Shown: positions 51,769 to 60,962, counted from the first letter of the stretch. The stretch: DNA of 64,000 bases from Candidatus Bathyarchaeota archaeon (GCA_963706285.1 CAVPLU010000009.1:32001-96000), one strand, 5' to 3'. Numbers and translations are program-made. Notes: generated from the sequence alone by a model not told the origin.

Positions 51769-51888
51769 ATGGCGAAGAAAAGCAGAGGCGGCAGAATGAC
51801 TTCAGCTAAGAAGCGTGCGGCCAAGAGGGCTGGTGGGCGCGGTCCTGTAAGAAAGCGTTCGGCCGGTCGAAAGATTATGAGGACTTGA
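51769..51888 (+). CDS. 39-aa histone-tail/protamine-like basic peptide (absent from the ORF track)
   Basis: GGGGTGA SD then ATG; MAKKSRGGRMTSAKKRAAKRAGGRGPVRKRSAGRKIMRT, 16 K/R and no acidic residue. Confidence 0.75.
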   Translation: MAKKSRGGRMTSAKKRAAKRAGGRGPVRKRSAGRKIMRT

Positions 51889-52010
51889 GACCTCATCGCA
51901 GTGAAACAGGCCCAATCATACGGCCCATGATGTGCTGCTCTCTCGTTAGTCATTCCGCGGGACTTCACATATGACCTGAAACGCCCCCAAACGCCACAGA
52001 ATGAGTCGCG

Positions 52011-52241
52011 TTGGTAGGCAGCCTTATCTTCCACCACTACCACCACTACTATCACCACTATTACTACTGGCGAAATGAAATGACCTTGATGAAATGCACC
52101 AACTGCGGCTACGTTCAAAACTACGGCGGCCGCCGCAACCTGACCTACACGTGCACCAACTGCAAACGCTCAGACATCGACCAACACGAAGCCGCCAACG
52201 CCTACCAGAAAGTGAAGCGGAAGGAGGCGAAAAAAGAATGA
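52011..52241 (+). CDS. His/Tyr-rich peptide fused to a zinc ribbon
   Basis: HHYHHYYHHYYYW then CTNCG...CTNCK; the stop overlaps the next ATG. Confidence 0.6.
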   Translation: MVGSLIFHHYHHYYHHYYYWRNEMTLMKCTNCGYVQNYGGRRNLTYTCTNCKRSDIDQHEAANAYQKVKRKEAKKE

Positions 52242-52627
52242 CAATGTCGTATTATCAGCCTCCTACCCAGTACCAGTATTATCAGCCACCGACTCAGTAC
52301 TATCAACCTCCTGCTCAGTACCAGTATTATCAGCCTCCTACCCAGTCCTATCAGCCACCGACTCAGTACTATCAACCTCCTGCTCAGTACCAGTATTATC
52401 AGCCTCCTACCCAGTCCTATCAGCCGCCCGCCGAGATGTACTCCTACCAGCCACCGACCCAGTCCTACTATCAGCCTCCTACCCAATACTACAACTATCA
52501 GCCTCCTACCCAATACTACAACTATCAGCCTCCTACCCAATACTATCAGCCACCGAGCCAGATGTACTCCTATCAGCCTGCTAACCAGATGTACTCGTAT
52601 CAACCGCAAGGATTCAGAGTCCAGTGA
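52238..52627 (+). CDS. 129-aa YQPP(T/A)Q tandem-repeat protein
   Basis: GGAGG SD and ATGA overlap; 15 YQP units with synonymous codon variation. Confidence 0.8.
   Translation: MTMSYYQPPTQYQYYQPPTQYYQPPAQYQYYQPPTQSYQPPTQYYQPPAQYQYYQPPTQSYQPPAEMYSYQPPTQSYYQPPTQYYNYQPPTQYYNYQPPTQYYQPPSQMYSYQPANQMYSYQPQGFRVQ
52280..52417. repeat. Exact 69-bp tandem duplication inside the repeat protein
   Basis: 52280-52348 is identical to 52349-52417. Confidence 0.9.
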
Positions 52628-53103
52628 CAGCTCTCTAGGCGTACTTCTCACGCCTTTCAAGAGAGCCCGAATCTTCTTTTTCCCAAAACTTAGCAACCTA
52701 CCATGGCAACTCATGCTCTACTCTTGTCGCAATACATGTGAAGGGGGCTCCCGGAACACGGAGAAACAAGCCGAAATTGGCAACGGTGCATGGAACCATT
52801 CGTTTTCAGCCGCTTTTTGCACGCCCCTCAAGAAACCGAATAGGATTACGGGATAGTAAGAGGAAAGCAGCCCTTGCATTAGGGGTCGAGATTCGATATC
52901 AGCCTTATAGGCACACGAAGTCCAGACAAGCGACGAGAAAGCTTCTGTCAGCTGTTTAGGTTCCGCTTCGTCCCGAAGGATGACTGCCACAGCTTGCGTC
53001 AATGCACGAATCGCAATCGCCGCACCATTTCACTGGCAAATGTGAATAGCCTTATTCCCGCATATTCAACCCCAGAAGCCCTGATCTAATTGGGCGTATT
53101 GGA

Positions 53104-54250
53104 TTGATAGCTGGAATTGAGTCACGCAGATTGAAGAACCGTTGGACAGTAGGGTTCTTCAGGCCTTCTGTTGTCGTGCTAGCCGCATACATCATCTACG
53201 TGGAGTTTGTACTGTCTCTCCATCAGTACGACCCAACGGTATTCATTCAAATAGGCACCATATTCGCTGATCGGGCAAGTTCCGTCGCGAGATTGGTACA
53301 CGACATTGGTTTTGGGCCTCCTTTTTGGAAAGCCGGATTTGACGGCCAGTTCTACTACTACATTGCGCTGGATCCGGTAAATGCTTGGGAGTTGCTTGAT
53401 ACCACCGCAAGATATCAGCGCATTTTGTACCCGATAATTGTTCGTTCGCTCTCCTTCGGATATTTGCCTTCTATACCGTTTCTGATGATCATCGTGAATT
53501 TGGCATCCATTTTTGCTGGAACCGAGTTTCTTGCCCGCTTGTTGAAGTGGTTCCACCTTAACTCGTGGTACTCGCTCGGCTATGGTTTCCACATTGGGCA
53601 GCTAGTGTGTCTGAGAAAAGATCTGCCTGAGCCCCTTATGTACGCGTTTGTGATAGCGGCCATCTACTTACGCAGAGGCCAAGGGAAGTTCTCGCCTTGC
53701 GGGAATAATGTTCCTTTTGGCGCTCTTCACGAAGGAGCCTGCCATCCTATTCATAGTAGCCTATGTCTTCGGACTTCTACTGAGTTCAAGAAGGAGGTCT
53801 CTGCGTGACGCTGCGCTTTTGGTTTCCATATCTGTTTTGCCATATGCAACCTACCAGCTCATGCTACTCTATCGTTTCGGTCAAGTTGCATTCTTAGGTG
53901 TGGGAAACCTGCAGACTTTGAGTATGATTCCATTCTATGGCGTTTTCCAAGTACCTCGGACTCCATTCGAACTCGCCTCAATTGCAGTTTCCATAGTGAT
54001 ACCAGTCACGTTGTCGCTTGCTATCTTCTTCCGCAGTGTTGTCAGAGGAAACGTCGAGCCTTTGCTTGTAGCACTATTACTGAACGCTCTCTTTCTGGCG
54101 TTCCTGCCGCCCCTGTCCTATGTCGATGTATTTACCTACGGCAGGGTCTCGCTGGGTCTTGCGACTGCGTGGATAGCACACGCAGGTTTCTCACAGAATA
54201 GGCGAATGCTTGACTTACTCGATCTTGTGGGCTATCCCCCTCCAATTTAA
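53104..54250 (+). CDS. GT-C-like multi-TM surface glycopolymer protein (frameshift near 53670)
   Basis: GFDGQFYYYIALDP, YQRILYP and ALFTKE. Confidence 0.7.
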
Positions 54251-54261
54251 CCACTTGCCTG

Positions 54262-54481
54262 AATGACTGAAGATCATGCGAACTAGCTAACGAAAGCGTT
54301 CACTGCGAAGATTTCTCTTCGCCGAATGGGTGTCCCTGACGATGTTGGGAAAGTCGCCGCGTTAGTAGGCTCTTCTGAGTCGGAATTTATGGCAGGAGAA
54401 CCGGTGATCCTTGATGATGTTGCCTCGATCATCTTCTGTGAAAGCGGTGGTGTCGCCTTTTGGTCTTCAGCTTTCATCTAG
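54262..54481 (+). pseudogene. C-terminal remnant of a short-chain dehydrogenase
   Basis: ISLRRMGVPDDVGKVAALVGSSESEFMAGEPVILD, preceded by an in-frame stop. Confidence 0.6.
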
Positions 54482-54486
54482 TTTAC

Positions 54487-54810
54487 TTAGATGAATCTTA
54501 ACAGTAAGCCGACTATGCCGCCTAGGAGTACGAGTAGGCCACCTAGGCCGCCTGCGATCACTCCTACGACTATGAGAATAATGTCCCAAGTGAGGTCGGT
54601 AGCACGTCTGGCGCCCATGATGGCGATAATGCCGAGGATTATTTCGATGATCCCCCAGAAGGATCCGCCGATGGGTCCGACTATCGATGGCACGAACATC
54701 AAAAAGGCCATTCCCAAGAAGCTTAGGATACCCTGGATTACTAGGATTATTCCGCCAATCAATGCGAGAATGTACGCAAGCTGTCCCAAGGAGCCTGTAC
54801 GCATCTGCAA
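54487..54810 (-). CDS. Small Gly-rich multi-TM membrane protein
   Basis: Three to four hydrophobic helices. Confidence 0.75.
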   Translation of the reverse strand: MQMRTGSLGQLAYILALIGGIILVIQGILSFLGMAFLMFVPSIVGPIGGSFWGIIEIILGIIAIMGARRATDLTWDIILIVVGVIAGGLGGLLVLLGGIVGLLLRFI

Positions 54811-54843
54811 TCAACTCAAGAGGTTGCATAGTTGAATTGCGTT

Positions 54844-54863
54844 TATAAGGTTATGTGCTTATA
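54844..54863. promoter_or_regulatory. Palindromic operator/TATA TATAAG-N8-CTTATA upstream of RHH gene 1
   Basis: tataaggttatgtgcttata; near copy at 55434. Confidence 0.6.
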
Positions 54864-54896
54864 TCGTTAAGACTGGAATATGGCGTCTGTTAGGGA

Positions 54897-55133
54897 ATGT
54901 TAACTTTGGGTAAGATGTACATAGTTCTTTCTGACGAAACGGAACGTAGACTCCGACTGGCTGTTGTCACAATTTTCGGCGGAAAGAAGGGCGATTTAAG
55001 CAGTGCCATCGAGGTGGCTATCAAAGAATGGCTGGATAAACATGCGACAGAAGCCGATATTACCAAATGGGTGCGAGGCCAGTTGCACGAAAGAGGTCCA
55101 GGGAGACCCCGTGCTTCGAAACGATCCCTCTGA
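54897..55133 (+). CDS. Ribbon-helix-helix (CopG-like) regulator
   Basis: MYIVLSDETERRLR...GGKKGDLSSAIEVAIKEWL. Confidence 0.8.
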   Translation: MLTLGKMYIVLSDETERRLRLAVVTIFGGKKGDLSSAIEVAIKEWLDKHATEADITKWVRGQLHERGPGRPRASKRSL

Positions 55134-55433
55134 ATCATATGCGCCCAATATCGAGCACTTTCACACTCTGGCATACCCTAATTCATTCTATCACTTGAAG
55201 GCACAAATCCCCTCTTCTCCAGGCATTTCTGGACCATAGTATCTCTGCATGAGTATTGCGGGAATCGCCTGCAAGCGCGTAGAAGCTTAAGTTCTAACTA
55301 CGAATCAACCAAAGAACGAATACAATGAGCATGATCCCAAAAAGACCGATTTGTACACGCATTCTAGACCTGCCTCCAAGGCCGACTGAAACTCAGTCGT
55401 GGTTATACCACTAAATCGTTATAACGTTAAATA

Positions 55434-55453
55434 TATAAGTTTATATGCTTCTA
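55434..55453. promoter_or_regulatory. Second operator copy TATAAG-N8-CTTCTA upstream of RHH gene 2
   Basis: tataagtttatatgcttcta. Confidence 0.55.
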
Positions 55454-55482
55454 TGCGCATATAGGGTGTGGCCAGATAATCT

Positions 55483-55647
55483 TTGGGAAGAATCTACGTA
55501 GTGCTCTCCGATGATGTCGAGCGCCGACTGCGATTATCAATTGTGAGGAGGCTCGGAGGTAAGAAAGGAGACCTCAGTTGCGCGATCGAGGAAGCTGTCA
55601 ACGACTGGCTAGGTAAGGCTTGGTTGAAGCCTGGAGATCGGATGTAA
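55483..55647 (+). CDS. Second RHH paralog (54 aa, absent from the ORF track)
   Basis: MGRIYVVLSDDVERRLRLSIVRRLGGKKGDLSCAIEEAVNDWL. Confidence 0.8.
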   Translation: MGRIYVVLSDDVERRLRLSIVRRLGGKKGDLSCAIEEAVNDWLGKAWLKPGDRM

Positions 55648-55668
55648 GAAGGGGAGGTGGAAAGAAAA

Positions 55669-55835
55669 ATGGGTCATGTAACTATTGGAGGTACTTACTA
55701 CAATCACTTATCGGACTATCTGTTCCCTACGTCGTCGGTTATCCATCATGCGACAATCCAACGTACGGTTACAGCTATGGTTCGTATAGTTATCCATACA
55801 CCTACGGTTCGTACGGATATCCGTACTATTGGTGA
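55669..55835 (+). CDS. Small Tyr/Gly/Ser-rich peptide (needs one extra base after the ATG)
   Basis: GGGGAGGTG SD then ATG; shifted frame ends YGYSYGSYSYPYTYGSYGYPYYW*. Confidence 0.55.
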
Positions 55836-56152
55836 TTAGAGCATCGTAACTAAACCGACTAGGTCGAGCACGATAAATGCTCGACCTCTTTTTTCTCATT
55901 CAATTGCAAGCGTTGAAAACACAGGCTGTCAGCTCAAAAGCAGCATAAGAGTCATAGATATCGCATCAAAAACGATACGGACCCAATAGGCTATGGGGAA
56001 GTGGAGGTTGTGACTCCAAGGAACAAAGGCGGATGGAGAAGGCGGAGACCGCTCAGGTGACTTCGGCATGGATAGTATTATAGGTGTGAGTAAGCTTACA
56101 TATGCTTAAGCTGGCATAGCCGATGATTCGAATAGGGAATAGGGCGCGTATA

Positions 56153-56731
56153 ATGAAACGAATCACAGCCGTTCTTCTCTTGGTCCTAGGTTTGGCAGCG
56201 TTTTCCCTGATGGCCACGCCATCAAATGCATCGATGGCCATGATCCGGGGTACTGTGTACTGGTATGACATGTACGGAAATCTCCGCCCACTTCCGTGGG
56301 CGCAAGTGGTCGCTGAAGGCAGTTCGGGAGAGCCCGCCACCGCTTCTACGACTACTGACGGTACCTACATGATGTGGGTGGCACCAGGGTCGTACAACTT
56401 GACCGTCTCCGTTGACCCTGCGTATACGCCCGAAAGCAAGACGGTCACGGTGACTGAAGGAGGCATGGCGTCGGCTGACTTCCAGCTTCAACCCTCTGGC
56501 AAGCCTATCCCAGAGTATCCATCCATGGCGCAGCCGGTAATGCTGTTGATCGCTGCCCTCGCCACGGCAGTCCTGATCCGCCGACGCAATCATGTCCGCT
56601 CGCAAGCTGACGAACATTCGCTTGGTTCTCCACAGCCCCGCGCAATCGTGGGCCGTGACTGGCCCGTGGATCCGACACTGCTACTGCAAACTGCACAACG
56701 TGGGAATACGATCTGCAGTCCGTTACAATGA
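56153..56731 (+). CDS. Secreted carboxypeptidase-regulatory-like (beta-sandwich) protein with PEF-CTERM-like sorting signal; 3' extension probably caused by an indel
   Basis: Signal peptide, DGTY...PGSYNLTV and PIPEYP-TM-RRR. Confidence 0.75.
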   Translation: MKRITAVLLLVLGLAAFSLMATPSNASMAMIRGTVYWYDMYGNLRPLPWAQVVAEGSSGEPATASTTTDGTYMMWVAPGSYNLTVSVDPAYTPESKTVTVTEGGMASADFQLQPSGKPIPEYPSMAQPVMLLIAALATAVLIRRRNHVRSQADEHSLGSPQPRAIVGRDWPVDPTLLLQTAQRGNTICSPLQ

Positions 56732-56743
56732 GGTTGAGAGAAC

Positions 56744-58087
56744 TTGGCTCGACGTTCTGTGGTTATTTTGACCGAACTCGCGCTGATCTTCATGATACTG
56801 CTGGTCGTCTATCCTAACGGAGCTGTCGCATCCGGAGCCCCTGCTAGTGAGCCGGCTGCCCTGAGCCTATCCGGTAGCGTTTCTGCAGGTTCTGCGATGC
56901 AGTATCCCTACCACTACTATTACAATTATCCTTACTACCCATACAACTACACGTACTACTACTCGTACTACTCTTACCCTTACTACTACCCCTACGCCTA
57001 CGACTCCTCATACTGCTACACGTACTACTATGACTACTACGGTTACAACTACGACTACTATCCCTACTTCTATTATGGGGCATACGGCTACCCCTACAAT
57101 TATCCGCAGTCCTGCTACCCGACGACAACAACCACCAGTACTCCCCCAGCAACCCCAACTTACGCACTTCAAGTGGCAACCAACCCCTCAAGTATCACTA
57201 GCGTGAGTGGAAACGGAACATACAATCAAGGAACCGCAGTGTCGTTCAGTGTTGCTTCGCTCATTATACCGAAGACCGCAAGCCAACGGTATGTCTTCAC
57301 AGGCTGGAGTGGAGACTTCTCAGGAAGTTCACCTAGCGGAACATTAACGATGACATCAGCAAAGAGCGTGGTCGCAAATTACCAGCTCCAGAACTACCTC
57401 AAGGTCTCCGTGGACCCTCAAGGAATCACAACCGCAGCTGGCGAAGGCTGGTACGTTCCGACTGACTCAGTCACCGCAGGTCCGGTCCCCTCATCCATCC
57501 CAGGAGGAGATGGAACTCGATACGTCTTCCAGCAATGGACGGTTGATAACGCTCCCGTCTCAGGAAACCCAGTGCAAGTCACTATGAGTAGCCCTCATGC
57601 AGTGGTTGCCCACTACAAGACGCAGTACATGCTCACAGTATTGTCCGACTATGGAATTGCTCAAGGAACAGGATGGTATGATGCGGGAACCTCGGCACCA
57701 TTCTCAGTTACAACACAGGTCGATGTGAGCTACGGCGTAAAGCAAGTCTTCGATAGATGGACAGGGGACACACAATCAACTTCCGCAGCCGCCGCAATCA
57801 CAATGGATTCGCCTCACACTGTCAGAGCCATTTGGAGAACGGACAGCACAGTCCTTTACACTACGATAGCGGTGGGCATCGCCGCAGCATTTGTGCTGGG
57901 CATAGGGCTGGCGATATTTGGGTTCATGAGAATGCGCGGAACGAAGTCTGCCCCAACAGCTCAGCCCACCACTCCGGTCACAACAGCTCAACCAGCTCCA
58001 GAAAAACTGAAGGCAACACCAACAAAGAAGAAAACTAAAGAAGTGTCAACAGGAACCGAGGGGAAAGCCCCCTCTTCTGAAGTCTAG
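56744..58087 (+). CDS. Surface protein with Tyr-rich N-terminal tract, InlB-B/Flg_new-like repeats and TM anchor
   Basis: Signal peptide; 40 Tyr in 73 aa; three YVF..W.GD / G.GWY repeats; TM and Lys-rich tail. Confidence 0.85.
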   Translation: MARRSVVILTELALIFMILLVVYPNGAVASGAPASEPAALSLSGSVSAGSAMQYPYHYYYNYPYYPYNYTYYYSYYSYPYYYPYAYDSSYCYTYYYDYYGYNYDYYPYFYYGAYGYPYNYPQSCYPTTTTTSTPPATPTYALQVATNPSSITSVSGNGTYNQGTAVSFSVASLIIPKTASQRYVFTGWSGDFSGSSPSGTLTMTSAKSVVANYQLQNYLKVSVDPQGITTAAGEGWYVPTDSVTAGPVPSSIPGGDGTRYVFQQWTVDNAPVSGNPVQVTMSSPHAVVAHYKTQYMLTVLSDYGIAQGTGWYDAGTSAPFSVTTQVDVSYGVKQVFDRWTGDTQSTSAAAAITMDSPHTVRAIWRTDSTVLYTTIAVGIAAAFVLGIGLAIFGFMRMRGTKSAPTAQPTTPVTTAQPAPEKLKATPTKKKTKEVSTGTEGKAPSSEV

Positions 58088-58160
58088 ACAAATCTGACCC
58101 GTAGGTTACCAGGCATCAGCTTGGACTATGATGCCTCGGTGTCTGACCAAGTCTCGGGGA

Positions 58161-58545
58161 TTACTTGCTGGCTTCTATCCAGCCTCGTTGACCCGTCGTC
58201 TTCACGTAGAGGTCGTATGCAAAGAATGCGCTAATGGCAAATTGGATAATGCCTGCAAAGAACCAAGCAAACGTCCAAATGAGAACTTCAACTACGATAA
58301 CAATTATGAACAATAGCACCGGTGGGACAGTCACAACCTTCTGATATCCCCAGTACCAGTAACCGATACCTGGAAAGAAGAAGTTCAAGATCGCTGCAAT
58401 CACAGCATTCTTTTCCCCACTCGGAGGTGGAACATTAAGAGGCTGCACAGACGAAGGTTGAGCAGACTTACCCAACTGGGCTCCCACAACTCACGCAAAA
58501 CGTTGCATTATCCTCATTCTTGCCGCCACATTTAGGACAGAACAT
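58161..58545 (-). CDS. Zinc ribbon plus TM2-like membrane protein (frameshift near 58485)
   Basis: MFCPKCGGKNEDNATFCVSCG joins KNAVIAAILNFFFPGIGYWY. Confidence 0.75.
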
Positions 58546-58816
58546 AAGACATTCAATATCATAAAGGTCGAATACTGATATTTAAGACCAAACTCTGAAA
58601 ACAGCATAGCCTAAGGTAGACGTGAAACTAATTCGCAGAGTATTTCTTCTTGAATGTCTATGTGGGCACGGTAATCCCATCAACGTTCGCAGGCGTAGCT
58701 CTTGCCAATCACTTGCAGTCGAAAGCCATCAAATCAGTGCCAGACGATATTCGTGAGAACAAGAAGTCTGAACTGCATTTCTGCTCTGATGACGTGCGCT
58801 CCAAAGGTCGCGGGCA

Positions 58817-59341
58817 CTAAGTAACTGTGCTGGCGCGCAATCTGGACATGATCAAATCTGCGACCTTGTCCGGGTTCGGGACGTCGACCATTTCTGCATT
58901 CAAGTTCTCACCAGGCTGCGTCCCGCGAACCAAGCCGTAACCGCTCTTTGTTACAGGAGCAACATTCCCATACCTCGCCAATCGACCCACAAGACTCTGC
59001 GAAACCTGCACGTCACTAATAGACGAGAACGGAATACGCCGAACACTACGCCCCAACAACTGCCTCTGTACAACAACATCAGAATCAGTAATCAGATATG
59101 TGAAAGCGTTCCTACGAATAGCACCAACCAACATACCCAAGATCCCCAAGCCAACCAATCCCAACGCCGCATACCTGAGGAGAGAATCAGCGGATGAAAG
59201 CGGAAACTCAAAAATGAAGCTCACACCGAAAACCACGATACCCAACAATACAACGAGAAAACCCTTCCAAGCGAACGGCACAAGACTCGGCTTGATTCTG
59301 ATGCCTTGTTTCGCTTGAGCCGACAAAACTTTTCGTTTCAA
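58817..59341 (-). CDS. Membrane protein with bacterial PH (bPH_2) domain
   Basis: YLITD..V....LL.R..R.IP...I.DV.V.QSLVGRL..YGNV. Confidence 0.8.
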   Translation of the reverse strand: MKRKVLSAQAKQGIRIKPSLVPFAWKGFLVVLLGIVVFGVSFIFEFPLSSADSLLRYAALGLVGLGILGMLVGAIRRNAFTYLITDSDVVVQRQLLGRSVRRIPFSSISDVQVSQSLVGRLARYGNVAPVTKSGYGLVRGTQPGENLNAEMVDVPNPDKVADLIMSRLRASTVT

Positions 59342-59619
59342 AGAATCATGAAATTGCTCGGATAAGGTTTTCTATTCTCAATTGAGTTGAAGTTCAGCCG
59401 GGTCCCACCTACGAGAACAGGACCACAGCTACGACACGATTTCCGAGACGTACATTCCGTTCGGAGTCTTCAATTCGTAGTGGACTGTTTTCGCAAGTAC
59501 CACGTCAGAGCACGTCAAAAATCCGACTGCCACGTTCCCCACTCAAAACCGTTCTTACTATATCTCTGACTCTCTTGGTGCACACAACACTCTTGGCATT
59601 GTGTGGCGAAAGAGTCTCT

Positions 59620-60051
59620 TCAGACGAAACCAGTCGCCAATATAGCAAGCGCAGCCAGTGCTCCGATAACCATGCCTACCGCCACTTCAGTTGGCGTGTG
59701 GCCTAGCGAATAATGCACGGGCGGCGTTCTGACATGCGCCAGACGTATGATGCTGTTTATTGTCTTTCCCTCCTCGCCAGCTGTGCGACGCACGCCCAAC
59801 GAATCCCGTATAACAACGACCGCAAGAACGACGGCCACGACGAATATCGAGTTCCGCCACCCTTCTGTCCAAAGGATAGAGAGGCAAAGCGCAGTGACAG
59901 TTGCCGAATGGGCGCTCGGCATACCGCCCGTCACCACAATGTCCTCAAGTGACAGACGTTGGCGATGACTCAATCTGATGAGTGACAGTTTCAGACCCTG
60001 CGCAACCGTCAGCGCGAGCACAACTGAACCAAACACCCCAGGAACGTCCAT
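59620..60051 (-). CDS. Divergent PAP2 family (DUF212) membrane protein
   Basis: GGMPSAHSA, DSLGVRR.AG and LGHTPTEV. Confidence 0.9.
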   Translation of the reverse strand: MDVPGVFGSVVLALTVAQGLKLSLIRLSHRQRLSLEDIVVTGGMPSAHSATVTALCLSILWTEGWRNSIFVVAVVLAVVVIRDSLGVRRTAGEEGKTINSIIRLAHVRTPPVHYSLGHTPTEVAVGMVIGALAALAILATGFV

Positions 60052-60215
60052 GGCTTGTCGAAGAGGTTTTAGAGCAAAAGGGTTTGTAAGTCATTCGTCC
60101 CAAAGCCTGTCGTGTCGTCGCTCAGGCTCTTCTTTGCTTGCGGACCACAAGACGCGCCCTTCGGAAATCAATCATTGATTGGTTGAGAACGCGGAGGGAA
60201 AGAAAGTCTCAACGA

Positions 60216-60356
60216 CTACTCTTTCTTTCTCTCTGTCTTTCTTCTCTCAGATTTCCACGTTGTTGCTTTCTCTATCTGGCGTCGCCCCTGTGTTGCTTTT
60301 CTGCCCTTCTGCGTCTCTCTTCGTAGTTTTTTCAATCTCCTTGTTCTCATTGACAT
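60216..60356 (-). CDS. 46-aa Arg/Lys-rich basic peptide (absent from the ORF track)
   Basis: GAGGT SD then ATG; MSMRTRRLKKLRRETQKGRKATQGRRQIEKATTWKSERRKTERKKE. Confidence 0.55.
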   Translation of the reverse strand: MSMRTRRLKKLRRETQKGRKATQGRRQIEKATTWKSERRKTERKKE

Positions 60357-60374
60357 GGCAGAACCTCGTCTCCC

Positions 60375-60674
60375 TTACTTGAGGTCCCGGCGCCTCTGCC
60401 AAGAGTCGACCTGGTCTCTTGTGGGCTCATCTTCGTCGTTGTTTCCATTCTCTTCGTTGTCTCCGGCGTCTTGATCGGGTTCATGTTCTCCTTTCTTACG
60501 TCCGTGTATCTCGTATCCGCACCGAGAGCATTTGTAGTAGTTCTCGTAGTGGCTGAATTGCTTGTCTGTCTTTTCTCCAGCCTTGAAGTAGGGTCGGGCA
60601 AAAGCGAGCATGAGACCTTCGCCGCATTTGGGACAAGGAATGGGACCTGTCATCTCTATCTTGTGTTCGGACAT
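60375..60674 (-). CDS. Zinc-finger protein with acidic tail
   Basis: CPKCG...YKCSRCGY then a D/E-rich segment. Confidence 0.7.
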   Translation of the reverse strand: MSEHKIEMTGPIPCPKCGEGLMLAFARPYFKAGEKTDKQFSHYENYYKCSRCGYEIHGRKKGEHEPDQDAGDNEENGNNDEDEPTRDQVDSWQRRRDLK

Positions 60675-60962
60675 GACCCTACACTCTACGCGATAGTTCT
60701 AGTTCAGGACCTCGATATAATACGGTACGATTAGGCACGGTGCGCATCAGGTTCCAAGTGATACTTCCCGAGTCTGCGACAGAGCCACATGATCACAAGC
60801 CTCGTCTTCGTTCTCTTTTCGTGTATGTGGCATCAAGGGAACCCAACGACGTTCATTGTGCCGCCAATCGCTGTCAATCAGGGGTTCAGGGACTTCTCGC
60901 TTGCTCCGCAAAGCGTATTCATATAGGCTTCCTTCATAAGGTGCACCTCAAGTATCACTCAG

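Noticed and set aside
52202-52714. Antisense ORF with RRLIV repeats
   Set aside because: Shadow of the YQPP gene; the SD, start overlap and synonymous variation support the plus strand
55325-55414. 29-aa ORF MSMIPKRPICTRILDLPPRPTETQSWLYH
   Set aside because: No SD, motif or compositional signal, so it cannot be distinguished from chance
411-58545. Programmed frameshifting or mass pseudogenisation as the cause of about 12 split genes (near 640, 2950, 6322, 20428, 30875, 32345, 32847, 45275, 53670, 55672, 56590, 58485)
   Set aside because: Single-base indels hit unrelated and housekeeping genes (nadE, potB), often in short homopolymers, with no shared slippery motif; consensus error is the simpler explanation
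60751-60843. Long imperfect hairpin (ggttcc/ggaacc, gccacat/atgtggc) upstream of tbp as an ncRNA
   Set aside because: No match to an RNA family I recognise and no covariation data
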